A stretch of 63,330 bases of DNA, counting the filler, from Dimorphilus gyrociliatus (Eukaryota > Animalia > Annelida): NCBI GenBank assembly GCA_904063045.1. It is 8 parts of 7 records of this genome, joined end to end, with 100 filler letters (N's around TTAATTAATTAA, not from the genome) between each part and the next. Parts side by side here need not be neighbours in the genome. Positions count along the whole stretch, not along the records: positions 15,821 to 30,615 come from CAJFCJ010000177.1; positions 30,716 to 41,345 come from CAJFCJ010000221.1; 6 more parts are not named here. One strand, given 5' to 3'. Positions 23,586 to 36,400 of this stretch are shown piece after piece; positions within the stretch are counted from its first letter, which is position 1, and each line of letters begins with the position of its first letter. The notes under the pieces are model-generated. The model was not told the origin of the DNA. It made no database searches and saw only the letters and a program-made list of their open reading frames with translations. A program made the translations under genes and the position numbers.

Positions 23586-23983
23586 CCATAATTCTTAAAA
23601 AAATTATCCCTGGCCCCTTGTTATTAATATTGCATTATCTATATAAATATATCTTTGGCCTAACCCTCAGTTGTCCATTTTCAAAGGTTTTGTAATATTT
23701 GCAAAATCCTTAACAAATCACATGGAATAGCCACAAAATGTTAAGAAGCTTAGCAAGCTAATTTTTTCTAAAAAAAAAACACATGCATTCCTGATTCCTG
23801 AACGTTTAATCTAAATGAGCTGATTTATATAATCAGACGATCACAATCATTACATTGCTTGATGGAAAAAGCCAAAAGTTAAACCATTTACCTTTTGTTT
23901 CATGTTCTTATAAATCACAATGAGGTGAAAGTGAAACAAAGAGTATCAAGAAAAAATGATGTTGAATAAAACATATAAGATAC

Positions 23984-24337
23984 TGTACAGCTTTCGTTAT
24001 ATTTCATGCCTATACTATGCTATTTATTCATGTACTTATTCAAAAACCTATGCCAGAAATGCAATCATATTTGGACAAACTCAGACCTTGCCTGGTCATG
24101 CTTAAAATTCATCTTTAAGTGCCACTTAAGGTTTAGTCAAGTTGTGATTGATGAGGTTGTTTAAAGTTTGCCCAAGTTATGACTGCTAAGTTTGTCTGGA
24201 CAAACTATGATTAATTAGTATTCTCAAATGTTGAACTTTGTATCATATTATTCCTAAGGTTAAATATAAACTATATCATTGTTGTAACTTGCAAACGCAT
24301 AAATTTGTCAAGCAAGAGCAGTAGCAAGAGCAGTACA
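23984..24337 (+). mobile_element. Solo LTR (internally deleted) with 4-bp TSD ATAC
   Basis: ATAC|TGTACAGCTTTCGTTATATTT... ...GCAAGAGCAGTACA|ATAC. Both ends match the termini of 36527-37161. Confidence 0.8.
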
Positions 24338-24962
24338 ATACAAAAATAGTCTTTACAATATGACTACTTTTATGTATTATTGACAATGCTGGTAATATTA
24401 TTGGCCGAAAAATTTCCAAAATGGCTATTTTTAATACTACTATAAAAAAAAGATAAAAAGTGAATAGTTTAAAGAGAAAGTTAGTTTGGCCAAAACTATT
24501 ATACCAACAGTAACAGTAGCTTTTAATGACCACATTAAATTGACCTAGGAATATATTAGTTAGCTACTGACTATTAGCCCATCCCACCTAAAGAATTTTC
24601 TCAGGATTTACTAAGTGGTAAGCCTAGTACTTTACATTTAATTTTCTGTAGATTCGTTTTTTTAACTTTATTTCTCTATTGTAAGAATAATAGGCCAAAA
24701 ATTTTTGGCAAACTGTTTGTATTAACACCATTCTAGCTGACATTTTGTTTTTATTCCAACAGGTTTCTTTTATTTCGCTCAAAATATTAAAAATTTGGTT
24801 TGGAAAAACATCCAGATATTTTCTTGTTGATTATTATTTTCATACCGTGGGAAAATAATCACAAAAAAACTACACAAAGAAATGTTTGAGGTTCTATTTT
24901 TTAAAATAATTTTTTTTGACAAAATTTTTAGAAATAACCTCTTTTTTATATAAATTAAACAG

Positions 24963-27900
24963 CAAGATGAAGATTTAACAGACTCTACGGAAATAGGAAA
25001 TACACCAGATGACTATATTAAACAATTTCAAAGAGAAAACAAGTTTTTAGCATCCGAAGGATTAGTTGATTTCTATTTAGAAGATTTCAATGATGAAGAT
25101 GAAATGTCGCTGTGTGAGGGAGAAGTTGATGTTAGATTTTCTATCTAAATATTCATTTTCTAGGAAATCTCCTGTTAGGTTAATTGTTTATAATTTTTTT
25201 ACAGGAGGTTCAAGAATGTAGTGACATTGAAGTTGCTTATGTAAAAGAATCCGATGATGACTATTGTCCTGAAGAGAAATTATGCGAAATACAGCCTGAA
25301 GACGAACCCTGTCCCAAAAAGGTGTTATGTGTCGAGACTCCAAAAGTCGAGCCTTGTCCAGATGAGCTGTTATACAAAGCACGAGATAACTATGATCCAG
25401 AAGAGAAGTTATACAAAGTCCAAGCTAGATATGAGCCTTTACCAGTAGGTATGTTAAGGGACACACAATCTTAAGTTGAAGAGTTAAATAATGCTCATGA
25501 TGACTATTATCCAGAACAAACATTAAGCCAATCACAATCTGAAGATGAACCTTGTCCAGAATTCCGTTTATGCAACTCACAAATTGAGTGTAATAGAGAT
25601 AAAAAAAGGGAAGATTCCATAATTTATAGATCAGATATATCGGCTGATTGTGTGTCGAGTGCTGAAGATGACTCACATGATATATCCTTTGAAATTAAGG
25701 TTCTTTTTTCCTTTATAATTGTTATGCAATTGAAAAAACTATTTTCAGATTAATAAAGAGAAAAAGGAGGCAGAAGACAAACTCTTTCAGCTGGTTAAAA
25801 ATTGGACAGATTCCAATGAAAATGATATGAAAACATTTCTCAATGAGCTAGCCAGAGAAGATTGTGATAGACTATTCAAAATAAAAGACATTTCGGGATT
25901 GAATGTTATTCATCATGCTGCAAGGAAAAAATCTAAAACTTTACTAAATATTCTTGAACAGAATGGAGCCAGTAAAATATTTTCTTAATTTTTTCGATGT
26001 CAGACAAAAATTACCCAAAAGTTTTTGAATATTTACCTTTTAAATCCTAAATTATTACACAACCTGTATAGTTGACATTTCATTCTTTGGGAAAATTTTG
26101 TCTGGCAATTGTTTAATTTGTAATAAATCAAATTTTCTTTTTTCTAATATTTCTCTGATTCTTCAAGATTTCTACGAAAGAGATGATAATGACAAGTTAC
26201 CTGTGGCGCATTTTATAAATAATGTTGATTATCCTGTAATAATAACAAAAAAAACAGGGTTATAATCTAATCAATGACTCTTTTAAATAGAACACCAGGG
26301 AAGATGAGATTAATTTGGAAAATTCAGCTGATGATAAATGTAATATTGCAATCATAAAAGTTATTTTCGTAATTAATAAGCCTATATATATTTACAGATA
26401 GGAAATTTTCATTCCTAATGAATTATGGCTGTCTTGAATTTTTTTTAAATGAAAACTATATAGAGCAATTGCAAAGTGAAACTAAAGATAAAGTTTTATT
26501 AAGAGCAGTGAAAAGTAGAAGCAATTATGATACAATTGAAACTTTAATTCTTCTAATGCAATTTATTAAACAAGAAACATTTTTCAAATGGCTTTCTGTA
26601 AGTTTTCTGCTTTTTTTCCCTTCTAGCCAAAGATATCTGTTCATTTGCCAACAATTTCAACAGAATACGAGGGATAAAGGAAGAACGGCATTATTTATTG
26701 CAGTCGATTCGCTTCAGGTGGATGTATCCTATTATTTATTTAATTTAATTAGATTCCAAAAGGCTCACTATATTAGATATATGATTGTAAATGATTTGTA
26801 TTCAACACCTTTCCATAAACATTTCTTTGGATATTCGAGAAAACAAACGGAAAGCGCTCAAAAACTGATTAGAATGTTTGCCAGCCAAAAAGAGATTAAG
26901 GTAAAGTATAACAATTGTTTAGAGATTTCATCCTACTTCAGTGAAAAGTGGCCATCTCGTTAAGGGAACTGTCAATTGCTTTCGGTAGCCACTTTTTTTG
27001 GGTGAATCAGCAAAAATAAAACTCCTTTATCCACTACAACTACTGATTTTGCTATTTACAGTTATTCAATATGAAGAATAAAGATTACATGAGAATTTTC
27101 CATTACAATGTGTTTGACAAATGCTGGTTTGATTTCTTATTTCAGTGTAAATAATTTAATACATTTACATATATATGTAGGTTAAGATTGGGTTGCAAAC
27201 ATTTTATGGTGACCCCATTTTGACCTCACTACCGGATATTTAAAAGTTACTTTAAAATATCTTACTATCTTTCAGATAATCAATTTGATGTTGAAGATAT
27301 TGTGCCATTTGTATCATATTTAGCAATTATAAAAGATGATACAATAATAAATATGTTTTTTGAAAAATTTCAAGATGGTAAGAGAAAAAAATTCAAAAAA
27401 TTTCAAATTCAAATAGAATTTTTGTTTTTTGACTTTTTTTATCATAGGATTCACCAAAATGATTTTAGAATGCAGAAAAGAATATTTAAAAGAATGTATT
27501 AAAGAATGTAGAGAGAGGAAAATAGATAAATGTGCAATTATCTATAATTTATTACATTTTGCAATTGAAAAAGGAAATTCAACAATAATTGATTATTTAA
27601 TAAATAACGAGTAAGTAAAGACAAATCTTTGTCTTATTTCTCCTCTTTCTCTCTCTCTCTCTCTTTCAAATAATTGAGTATGATTTTATAATAGAAATAG
27701 GACTTTTCAAAAATTAATTGATATGAATTTTCATATTGAAAACATTGCACTACATAAAAGCTGCTCCAAAGCAACTAAAGATATTTATAGAAATAAACCT
27801 ACTAGTGTCATTTATTATTGCATTAAACATAATGAAGATAGCATTTTGGCTAAATTACTACCATGGTACATAGAAAGGTTGAAAAAATTTCCAGAAGAAG

Positions 27901-30615
27901 ATATAATATTTCAAGCTATGTCTAACTGTTCAATAAAAATTGTTAAGGTTCTAGCACATTTTCTTAATTTTGGACATTAAATTATCAGACAATATTTAAA
28001 CTTTTAAAACATTTACACAGCTTCTTTTCACAGAAAAATCAAAAATTATGGAAAACTTTTCACAAGTTATTGATTTTACAGATGAAGAAAAAAATACTCC
28101 TGCACACAAAGCAGCTCAAAGGAAAAATCCTCTCTTCATGAAAGTAAGATTAAACATAAATAATTGATTATTTGTCCACATTGACAACATCTTTACTTTG
28201 AGATTAATTTCTATAAATTGGAAATAGGTTTAAAAAAAACAAAATAAAACAGAATTTTTTTCATTTGTCTGTAAAGTAGGTCACAACTTTTTGTTGGTAA
28301 AATGACAAAGGAAAATTTTTCATTACACGACAGCTCCTATTGAATCATAATGCAGTGTTTTTGGCAAAGAATGCAAAAGGAGAGACTCCAATGTTACTAT
28401 CGGTTCAGAATAATAATGTGAGGTAGATAAATGAAAAAGAATAGAACAATAGAGATTGAAAATAGATAAGAATGTGTTTACTTTTAGAATCTTTGAATTG
28501 CTATTAGAAAAATTGGAAAGTAAATCTATATCAAAATCTCCATATTTATTGGAATCTATTAATGAGGCAATTAAATACGAGAGTATTGAAGTTTTAGATT
28601 ATCTTCTTCAAATTTCTGATAAAGAGACAATGGAATATCAAAATAAAATTCAAAGTGTAAGCATATAGAGAGATTATTATTTCTTGTATGAAGAATTGTT
28701 GTCTTTACAGATAGGATGGGGTACAAATGCCGTGTTTAGAGCAATTGATAATGGACATAGAAACATGTTACAAACTCTACTCAACTATAAAATTCATCCT
28801 TATGGTATGATAAGCGAAACTGAACAAGTAAATGTACTAGATTTTGCGATAGATAATGGAATGAAGTAAGAGAAATTTAGATATTTCAAATTCGGAAGAA
28901 ATGATATATTTCCGGTTTTGTTTTCTCCTTTTTCTTTAGGGCGGAAGTAGAAATTTTACTAAAATCCGATAAATGGTCGAATTTATTAAGACATTGCTAC
29001 GAAATTAAGAATTATAACTGCTTTCGTAGACAGCAATACATTGATAATCCATTCAAAAAGTTAATTAGAGAAATGCCAGGTGATGAAATAAATCCTATAT
29101 TCTACCAATTCAAAATGAGAAATATCTCTATTTTCAGATATGGCATTAATTGTTTTGAATAAATGTATCATTACGCCTACTGAAATTAAAAGCAAAATAA
29201 AACAAGAAAATGATAATACACCCATCACCATGGAAACTATAACTAAAGATTTTGATTTTAAAATTGAAGAGAAAGAGATGATAAAAACTAAATATAAATT
29301 ACAAGAAACGGTTGTATATAAGGATTTTAAAGAGAATGACGAATTTAATGAAACAATAAAACAAATGGAAGTTAATTATAGTTTGAAAAATGTAAAAATA
29401 ACTGATGAGTCATCAGTTGACAAACCCGTTAGCAAACCAGTCTATTATGATACTTGTCAATGTAAAGACGATCGACAACACGTGTTGTATAACTTTGAAT
29501 TTGTTGCCGATTCATTTCATAGTAAAAAACTAATGAAAAATACAACAAGATTGGAGCATCCTTTACAATTAATGGTAAAGAGAGAGAGAGAGAGAGGTTG
29601 AATTTAAATAAATTCATTTTTTCAAGAGTTCTATTTATAGGTTGAAAATGAAAGAGGAGATCTGATAAGGCATGTAATTACTCAAAAATATTTAAATCAT
29701 TTATGGAATCTGGTTTTTCGAGATTTTCTAATTGGTCTTATTTTCTATTTTGCATATGTTGTATTGTTTACAACTTTATTTTTAACATCAAAAATTTTAA
29801 TTTCCAAGTAAGAAAACAAAAAAATAAATCAAATTCGAAAATAATTGACTTTGTTCCTAAAGGAATGTTACAGAAAATGATGATAAATCTTCTAAATGCA
29901 AAAGGACAAATACATTTTTTATATTTATAATCCTTTTATACATTTATATAGTATTTTGCATTATTTCAGAGGTTAGCTTCATCTACAACTAACAACAACA
30001 GCAATAAAAGTATTTTGATGTTTTTTTTTCAGATTGTTCATCTCTTTTTCCTTAAATGGAAGTATATTACTATAAAAAAGCCACTGGATTGGTTTACTCT
30101 TATTTCTCCTTTTATTGTTTTTATTCACTTTGAAAATCAATGTTTAAATAATTCAGTAAATATCTTCTTTTCTCTATAAAAATTTTTTTTCCAGAGTTTT
30201 GTAAAATCAATTTCTTATTTAGATGAAAATATGGCAATGGGAACTTGGATCAATTTCTCTTCTCTGTTTATGGTTAAATCTTATTCTTGAATTAAGACAA
30301 GTTCCATTTTTTGGTTTATACATCTCTATGGTTATAACTGTTTTCAAGACATTTGTTCAATTTTGCCTTGTATTTCTATTATTTATTGTTGCTTTTGGTC
30401 TTAGTTTTTATAGTCTATTTAGAGATCAAGTAAGAAATAATTGTTGTTATTTTATGTTCATTTTCATTTTTAACTTTTGTCATAGGAATACTTTGCCTCC
30501 TTTGGAGAATCTCTATTGAAAACAGCTGTAATGATGATAGGTGAAATGGATTATGTAGACATGTTTTTTCAAAGTGAAACACCTCTGAATTTTCCAGTTG
30601 CTGCGCACTGCGTTT
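24963..30615 (+). CDS. TRPA-like ankyrin-repeat cation channel, multi-exon, 3' end truncated; some disablements
   Basis: Ankyrin motifs (GLNVIHHAA, GRTALFIAV, NTPAHKAA, GETPMLLSV, GTNAVFRAIDNGH), then HPLQLMV..RHVITQKYL, S4-S5 WQWELGSISLLCLWLNLILELRQVPFFGLYISM...AFGLSFY and pore LLKTAVMMIGEMDY. Inclusion of the exons before 25750 is tentative. Confidence 0.85.
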
Positions 30616-30715
30616 NNNNNNNNNNNNNNNNNNNNNNNNNNNNNNNNNNNNNNNNNNNNTTAATTAATTAANNNNNNNNNNNNNNNNNNNNNNNNNNNNN
30701 NNNNNNNNNNNNNNN
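30616..30715. other. Artificial contig linker
   Basis: N44-TTAATTAATTAA-N44. Confidence 0.98.
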
Positions 30716-33120
30716 CTTTTGGATTAACAATGCCCTCCTCATTTTAGTTTGTAATGAATTATTTGTGCTAAAGGATGTAAAGCATTTGTGCCTAAACTAC
30801 TTGATGACATAATAATATTTACCAAGTCGCTGGACCAACTTGGGAAGCATTGGAGACCATTCTTCAACAGATTCAAAAGTACAATTTTAAGATTAAACTA
30901 AGTAATGTTGTTTTTGAAAGAACAAGTTCAATTCTTGGACACATTGATCAGAAAAGGGATTGAAACAGATAAGTCCAAGACAGATAAATTATATAATTTA
31001 CAGCCACCAGTGTTGCAAATTCACTACTAAGCTTTGTTGCATTTTGTGGCTATTACAAAAATTTATACAAGATTTGCAAGAGTAGCTAAACCTCTGTATA
31101 TTTAATGAAACTACATGGGAAAAAGATAAATTGCAATGACTGAGGAAGCCAAGCAATCATTTTTCAAGTTGAGAATGCAGTAGTTAACCCTCCTGTATTA
31201 CAACTACCTGATTTTGCTAAAGATTTTCACTTAACAACAGATGCATCGAATGTAGCTGTAGGAGGAGTTCTTGAACAAGTTTATGTAGATGAGAATGGGA
31301 AGAAAACAATGAAAACCCATTGCCTACGCTTCAAAACAATTCAACAATAATCAAATGAAATATGCAGCCTATCAAAAGGAAGCATTTGGGTTTACTGGGT
31401 TGTAAAGAAATTTTTACATTACCTTCAAGACAAGCCATTCTTTTTATATACTGACCATCAGAGTCTAGTACAAACATTTAAGCAAAACAAATTGAATGTC
31501 AGCACAGCAAAATGGGTCATGGCTTTAATGGATTTAAAATTTACAATTAACTATGTGACAGGACGAAAAAATAGAGCAGATGCATTAACAAGATTAGAAG
31601 AATATACACCCCAAGGAAAGTAACATTTGAAGAGCTAATTCATGGAAAGATCAAAAAGGAGAATTCTCCCTCTATTTCAGTTAAAATGGAACAGTATGAA
31701 CATACACCAGAGTTAACTTTTGTAGCTACCAGTGATAACAGTGAAGAGAAAATTGATTTGTCTTCTGTTGACTTACAGTCAGAGCAAGAAAAAGATGTGA
31801 ATTTAAAATCAATTAAAGAATATTTAACATTGGATGGTCAGCTACCTATTCCTTATTTTGGAACTTTTACACCTTTCATAATGGAGATGTTTGTTCACAA
31901 GGAAATGATCTGGATTATCCTTGAAGAAAGAAACATTCTGGTTTTACCTGACCATTTGATGCTAACTCTGCTCCCTAAATTCCATAAAAATAAAATTCAC
32001 AATCACCATGGACCCAGAATGACATTACAAATAATTACAAAGACCTTTTGGCACCCAAAATTAAAGATTATGATTGAGAATTCAATAAAGGATTGCACTT
32101 TGTGTGAACAAATGAATGGTAGGAGTAGAGTATACCCTTTGGTAGAAACCTTTCACCCTGCATCACCAATGGAGTTGGTAGCCATGGATATAATGGGACC
32201 CTTACCCATGGTTAAGTCATACAGATTCATACTTGTGATAGTGGATCATTTCAGTAGATACACAGTTTTATATGCACTCAAACAGCAAACCAGTAAAGAA
32301 ATTGCAAACCTTCTTTTCAACAGATTTTTTCCCATTTTTGGAATTCCAAAACAAATGTTGACAGATCAAGGAAGAAACTTTGTTGGTAAAGCTTTATGAA
32401 GGTATTAGGTATTGAGAAAATCCAAACAACAGCTTATAGAAGCCAGAGCAATGGACTAGTTGAACGAAGAAATAGAGAAGTGAGGAAGGAAATCAATAAA
32501 TTAGTGGTGGAAGAAAATCAGCATAACTGGGTTGCAAACCTACCCTTGATTCAAGCATTTTTGAATCAATCACCTGTAGGAAGTACAAGACTACCACCCC
32601 AGGAACTTCTTTTTGGCACCAGCACAAGAACACTGATTGATGTAACAATGCATACTACCTCTCCTGAAACAAATGTACTATTTGTATTCAATCACCAGCA
32701 GCAATTAGTACAGTTAAGAGCTACAGCCTTCTGTAAATCCATCATGGCAAAAGAACAATATAGGGAAAGAAAGAATAGAAATCTCAATCTTCCAAAATAT
32801 TTTGAGGTTGATGATGAAGTATTCTTAAGAAATGATGCTGCAAGAATTGCAATAACAAAATCCTTCTTTAAAATGGTTAGGCCCATACGAATAACAAAAG
32901 TCAATCATCAAAATGGATATATGAAATACAAATGGATGATAATACATGCAAGTTGGTACATGGTAGCAGATTAAGACTAGCCAATGAATCTAATAAGTTG
33001 GAAACAGGGAAAGAAGCAACAACAATCTTTCACCTTGTGGAGAAGGAAATAACACACCTCCAATATCTTTCTCAGGTAGAAGGAAGAAATGACTTCCAAT
33101 TCCGTTTGAAGAATCAAAAA
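30716..33120 (+). pseudogene. Degraded pol: RT - RNase H - integrase
   Basis: FGL.N and YLDD (30798-30809); TTDASNVAVGGVLEQ, YASK, QKEA and YTDHQSL; HHG...CxxC, MDIMGPLP, DHFSRY, TDQGRNF, SNGLVERRN; KWLGPY and HGSRL in the C-terminal domain. Many frameshifts. Confidence 0.92.
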
Positions 33121-33450
33121 GGCCAAGAAGTCATTGCCTTGTGACACAGGAGCATTGAGATCCTTTATTACTGAAAAAGAAATCAGTTAATGGATGTTAC
33201 AATTATGGATAAAGAAAACAATTGGCTTACCAATTATAACTTCAGCTGATGGGAAAGCTTTAAAGCAAAAGGAAGCGTAAAGCTGAATATCCAATTTGCT
33301 GGAGAAAGTATGGAACAAGAATTTATAGTTATGGAAAATCTAGACATAGCAATAATACTTGGTTGTGATTTCCTACAACTGTGGAGCAAACTCAATTTTG
33401 AAGCTAAACAGTGTTCTCTCAAATTTGATAGAAGGAAAGGGAACCTGGCT
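33121..33450 (+). pseudogene. Retropepsin (aspartic protease) domain downstream of integrase
   Basis: QEVIAL/DTGALRSFIT (DTGA at 33143-33154), SADGKAL../GSVKLNIQFAGESMEQEFIVMENLDIAIILGCDFL. Small frameshifts occur, but the C-terminal half is in frame with the env ORF. Confidence 0.88.
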
Positions 33451-36400
33451 GAAAGAATAAGGCAACCTCAACTAAACAAAGTCACTATAGCCATGATGGG
33501 ACAGCATGACTCTTCATCAGAAAGCTCAGATAGTGATGACTCAGAGATGGAAGTTACTAATTCTGATACTGGTTATGACACAAGCAATACTTTCAAAACA
33601 GACAGTAATTACAGTCTCAATAAACCTTCAAGCTCATCTGAAAGTGATGACACAGAAACAAATAATGAACTGGATCAAAATACAGATTCAGAGGCAAACA
33701 TTATCTCTGATAGAGAAGATGAAATATCTAGTTCAGACGATGAGTCAATAATTATTGAAAGCGAAATTATTGATATAACCCATTCGGATAATGAGTCAAT
33801 AATTATTGAAGGTGAAATTATTGACATAACCCATTCGGATAATGAGTCCCTCATAGTGGTAGATTCATCCCAAGATGAGAAAGAAAATACAAGTGACACA
33901 GACAATGAGTCAGTCATATTTTTAGATGAGACTAAAATCATCTCTGAACAATTAGATTCCCAACAAGAAGTGGAACCACAATATATAGAGTTAGAAGATG
34001 GAATAACTATCAGAGTGGAACAACAACACAAAATTTTCAACCATTCAACTATAGCCAACACAGGAAGAGCTAACATGAAACAGATGTTGTGGCTTCCACT
34101 AGTGATGACTGTAATGGTGATCTGTGGCTGCATCCACTCAATAACAGTCCCAAAACCATCCTACCAAGGTGCCCATGTTACAAGTGCAAACATTACCTTA
34201 ACATTTAAACCACCATTATACTTTTGTTCTAACCAACTACCAAGCCAGGCATTTGATCTAGCAGATGAGCCAACTTGTAATATAGAATCACAAGAAACCA
34301 AGACAATTACAGCTGATATCTATGAATTGAACTTGGAAGAAATTGAAACAAGAGCAGTAAAATGTCAAGTGTATCTAAGAACTAATTTTTACACTTACTA
34401 TTTCTTTGGAGCAAAGAAGAGGAGGATTGTTAACTCAGTTATCAAAGTAACTCATGATCAATGCAGACAGATGATAAAAGACAAACGATCTTTTCAAGGA
34501 AAACCTTTAATGGTGAAAAGAAACACTTGGATCCACCAAGATCAGTTTCCTGCTGCCTACACATGGCCAACAACGACCAAGGTGCTGGAATACACCACAA
34601 TTATCCAGTTTGGCAAAGCATATTGGCAACCTCCTAATATGAAAATTACAACTAATCTGGACTACCTGGAAGATTGTTTACCAGGGCAGTCCTATTGTGA
34701 AACAGAAGAGGCAATTATTGTCTTTAGGAACCTCAAGAATAATTACACACTTGGGCAACAATCACCATGGATAAAAATTAGCAACAGAATTAGTTGTATC
34801 AAATTTGCTGGTCACTATTCTTGTCCAGGGTATTCTATTCTGGACATCCCTTATCAAGATAAGTTCATTGATGGAATTGGTGGTCCTGGAACAAAAGTAC
34901 TAGTACCACTGGAGGAACAGAGTTTAATACAGGAAACAAGCAAGGAACACCTATACAATTTGCTACAATATCAGAAGATTGGCAAAAATGAAGAAAAACG
35001 ACTATTAAACTATCCCAATAAAGTTAAAGAACAAATTATACTATACAAGCGAAACAACCCCTTACCAAGTCTTAACCAATGGTACAGAGAAACAAACACA
35101 AAGTATAAACTAATGAGAAATAAAGGCACACTCAAGGAAGTTGTGATATATCATCTACAACAACCCATTAGTCCATCTTACTGGGAGCTGGATAACTATT
35201 ATATCCAAGAAATGCTGCAAGCAGTCAATTGGACAAGGGCAACAAGACAATCTGTCACGATTTCAAAATATGTATACAGTGAGAAAAGAATCAAAAAGAA
35301 GGTATTACCAACATTGGGCATATGGTATAAAGGACCACCAGCCAGAGAATTTAAGATTACCTATGAAGGAATTTATTTTACTCTACACATGAGAATGGCT
35401 AAAAAGCAGATGAAGAAGGAAGCAAAACTGAAACATAAGATAAGTAAAAACCCATACCACAAATTCCCATTGGAAATGAGAGAAGCTGCCCAAACATCTA
35501 CCTTACTACATGGTATTGATTCAAATTTTAAGAATTTAAAAAAGTTTACCCAACAGCTGTCAAGTCTTCTCTGCAATCAATTTGTTCAAAGAAGCAGAAT
35601 GATGGCATTACTAGCAAATTTGGATCCTCAATTGACCACAGTGTTAACAAATGAGTTGGGAATGCACAGTAGTCAGATGGGAGAATTAGCTATAATTAAA
35701 CAATGTTCACCAATAGCCTCAACAGAAGTAGTTTGTGACTTAAGCATGATAAAAAAGAATAACAAATGTTCTCAATTTTTACTTGTCACCATGAACAACC
35801 TGCTTTTCCAAGTAGAACCAGTTACTCATGTTTTACAGCAAGTCAATCCTGAAGAGATTACCTATAATGAGTGTAAGTCTAACAAGTTATTCTACAAAAC
35901 AACTCACAACCCATTAAATCCTATAAGAAACCAACCAATGAAAGACAAAACGTATGTGTATTATTCAGAAAGAGGATGCAGATTTCACACTGTGTCTGCA
36001 AAATCCATGCAGTTACATATCCACAATCACCTTTCTGAACCAAAAATTGAAATTGCCAGATTAGCTGATCTACTCCACCATGGGGTAAAGAAGGATATTG
36101 CATACCAGCACTCAAAAATTAAGCAAGTTATCAGTTCACTGGAACAGAAGCAGGCAAGGTATGATAACATGGTCACTGTTGCAGAGAAAAATGGCATTGT
36201 ACCCAATTTATCTGGAATTAAAAAGTTTTTCCATAGTTGGTACTATAAACCTGGGAAAACACTTTATGTTATCATACGAAATATTTGTTTGAGTATTGTA
36301 GTGTCAATGGTATGTATCATCATTTTCAACTATATTATTGGAAGAAGAAAACAAAGAGAAGAAATTGCTACCCCAAGTGAGAGCACAGATAACTCTCCTG

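Noticed and set aside
25188-25676. Alternative-frame ORFs 25188-25382, 25254-25448 and 25425-25676
   Set aside because: By-products of the repetitive acidic exon, with no independent support.
26598-26626. 29-nt ultrashort intron in the TRPA-like gene
   Set aside because: Splicing it as written leads to a stop. It cannot be supported without cDNA.
15000-31000. Horizontal transfer or physical linkage between microsporidian-like and animal-like genes
   Set aside because: Every switch in gene style coincides with an artificial linker, so adjacency carries no information.
33506-36292. Overlapping ORFs in other frames within env (33506-33751, 33675-34133, 35373-35576, 35921-36115, 36098-36292)
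   Set aside because: Short, with no motifs, and explained by the codon bias of the long ORF.
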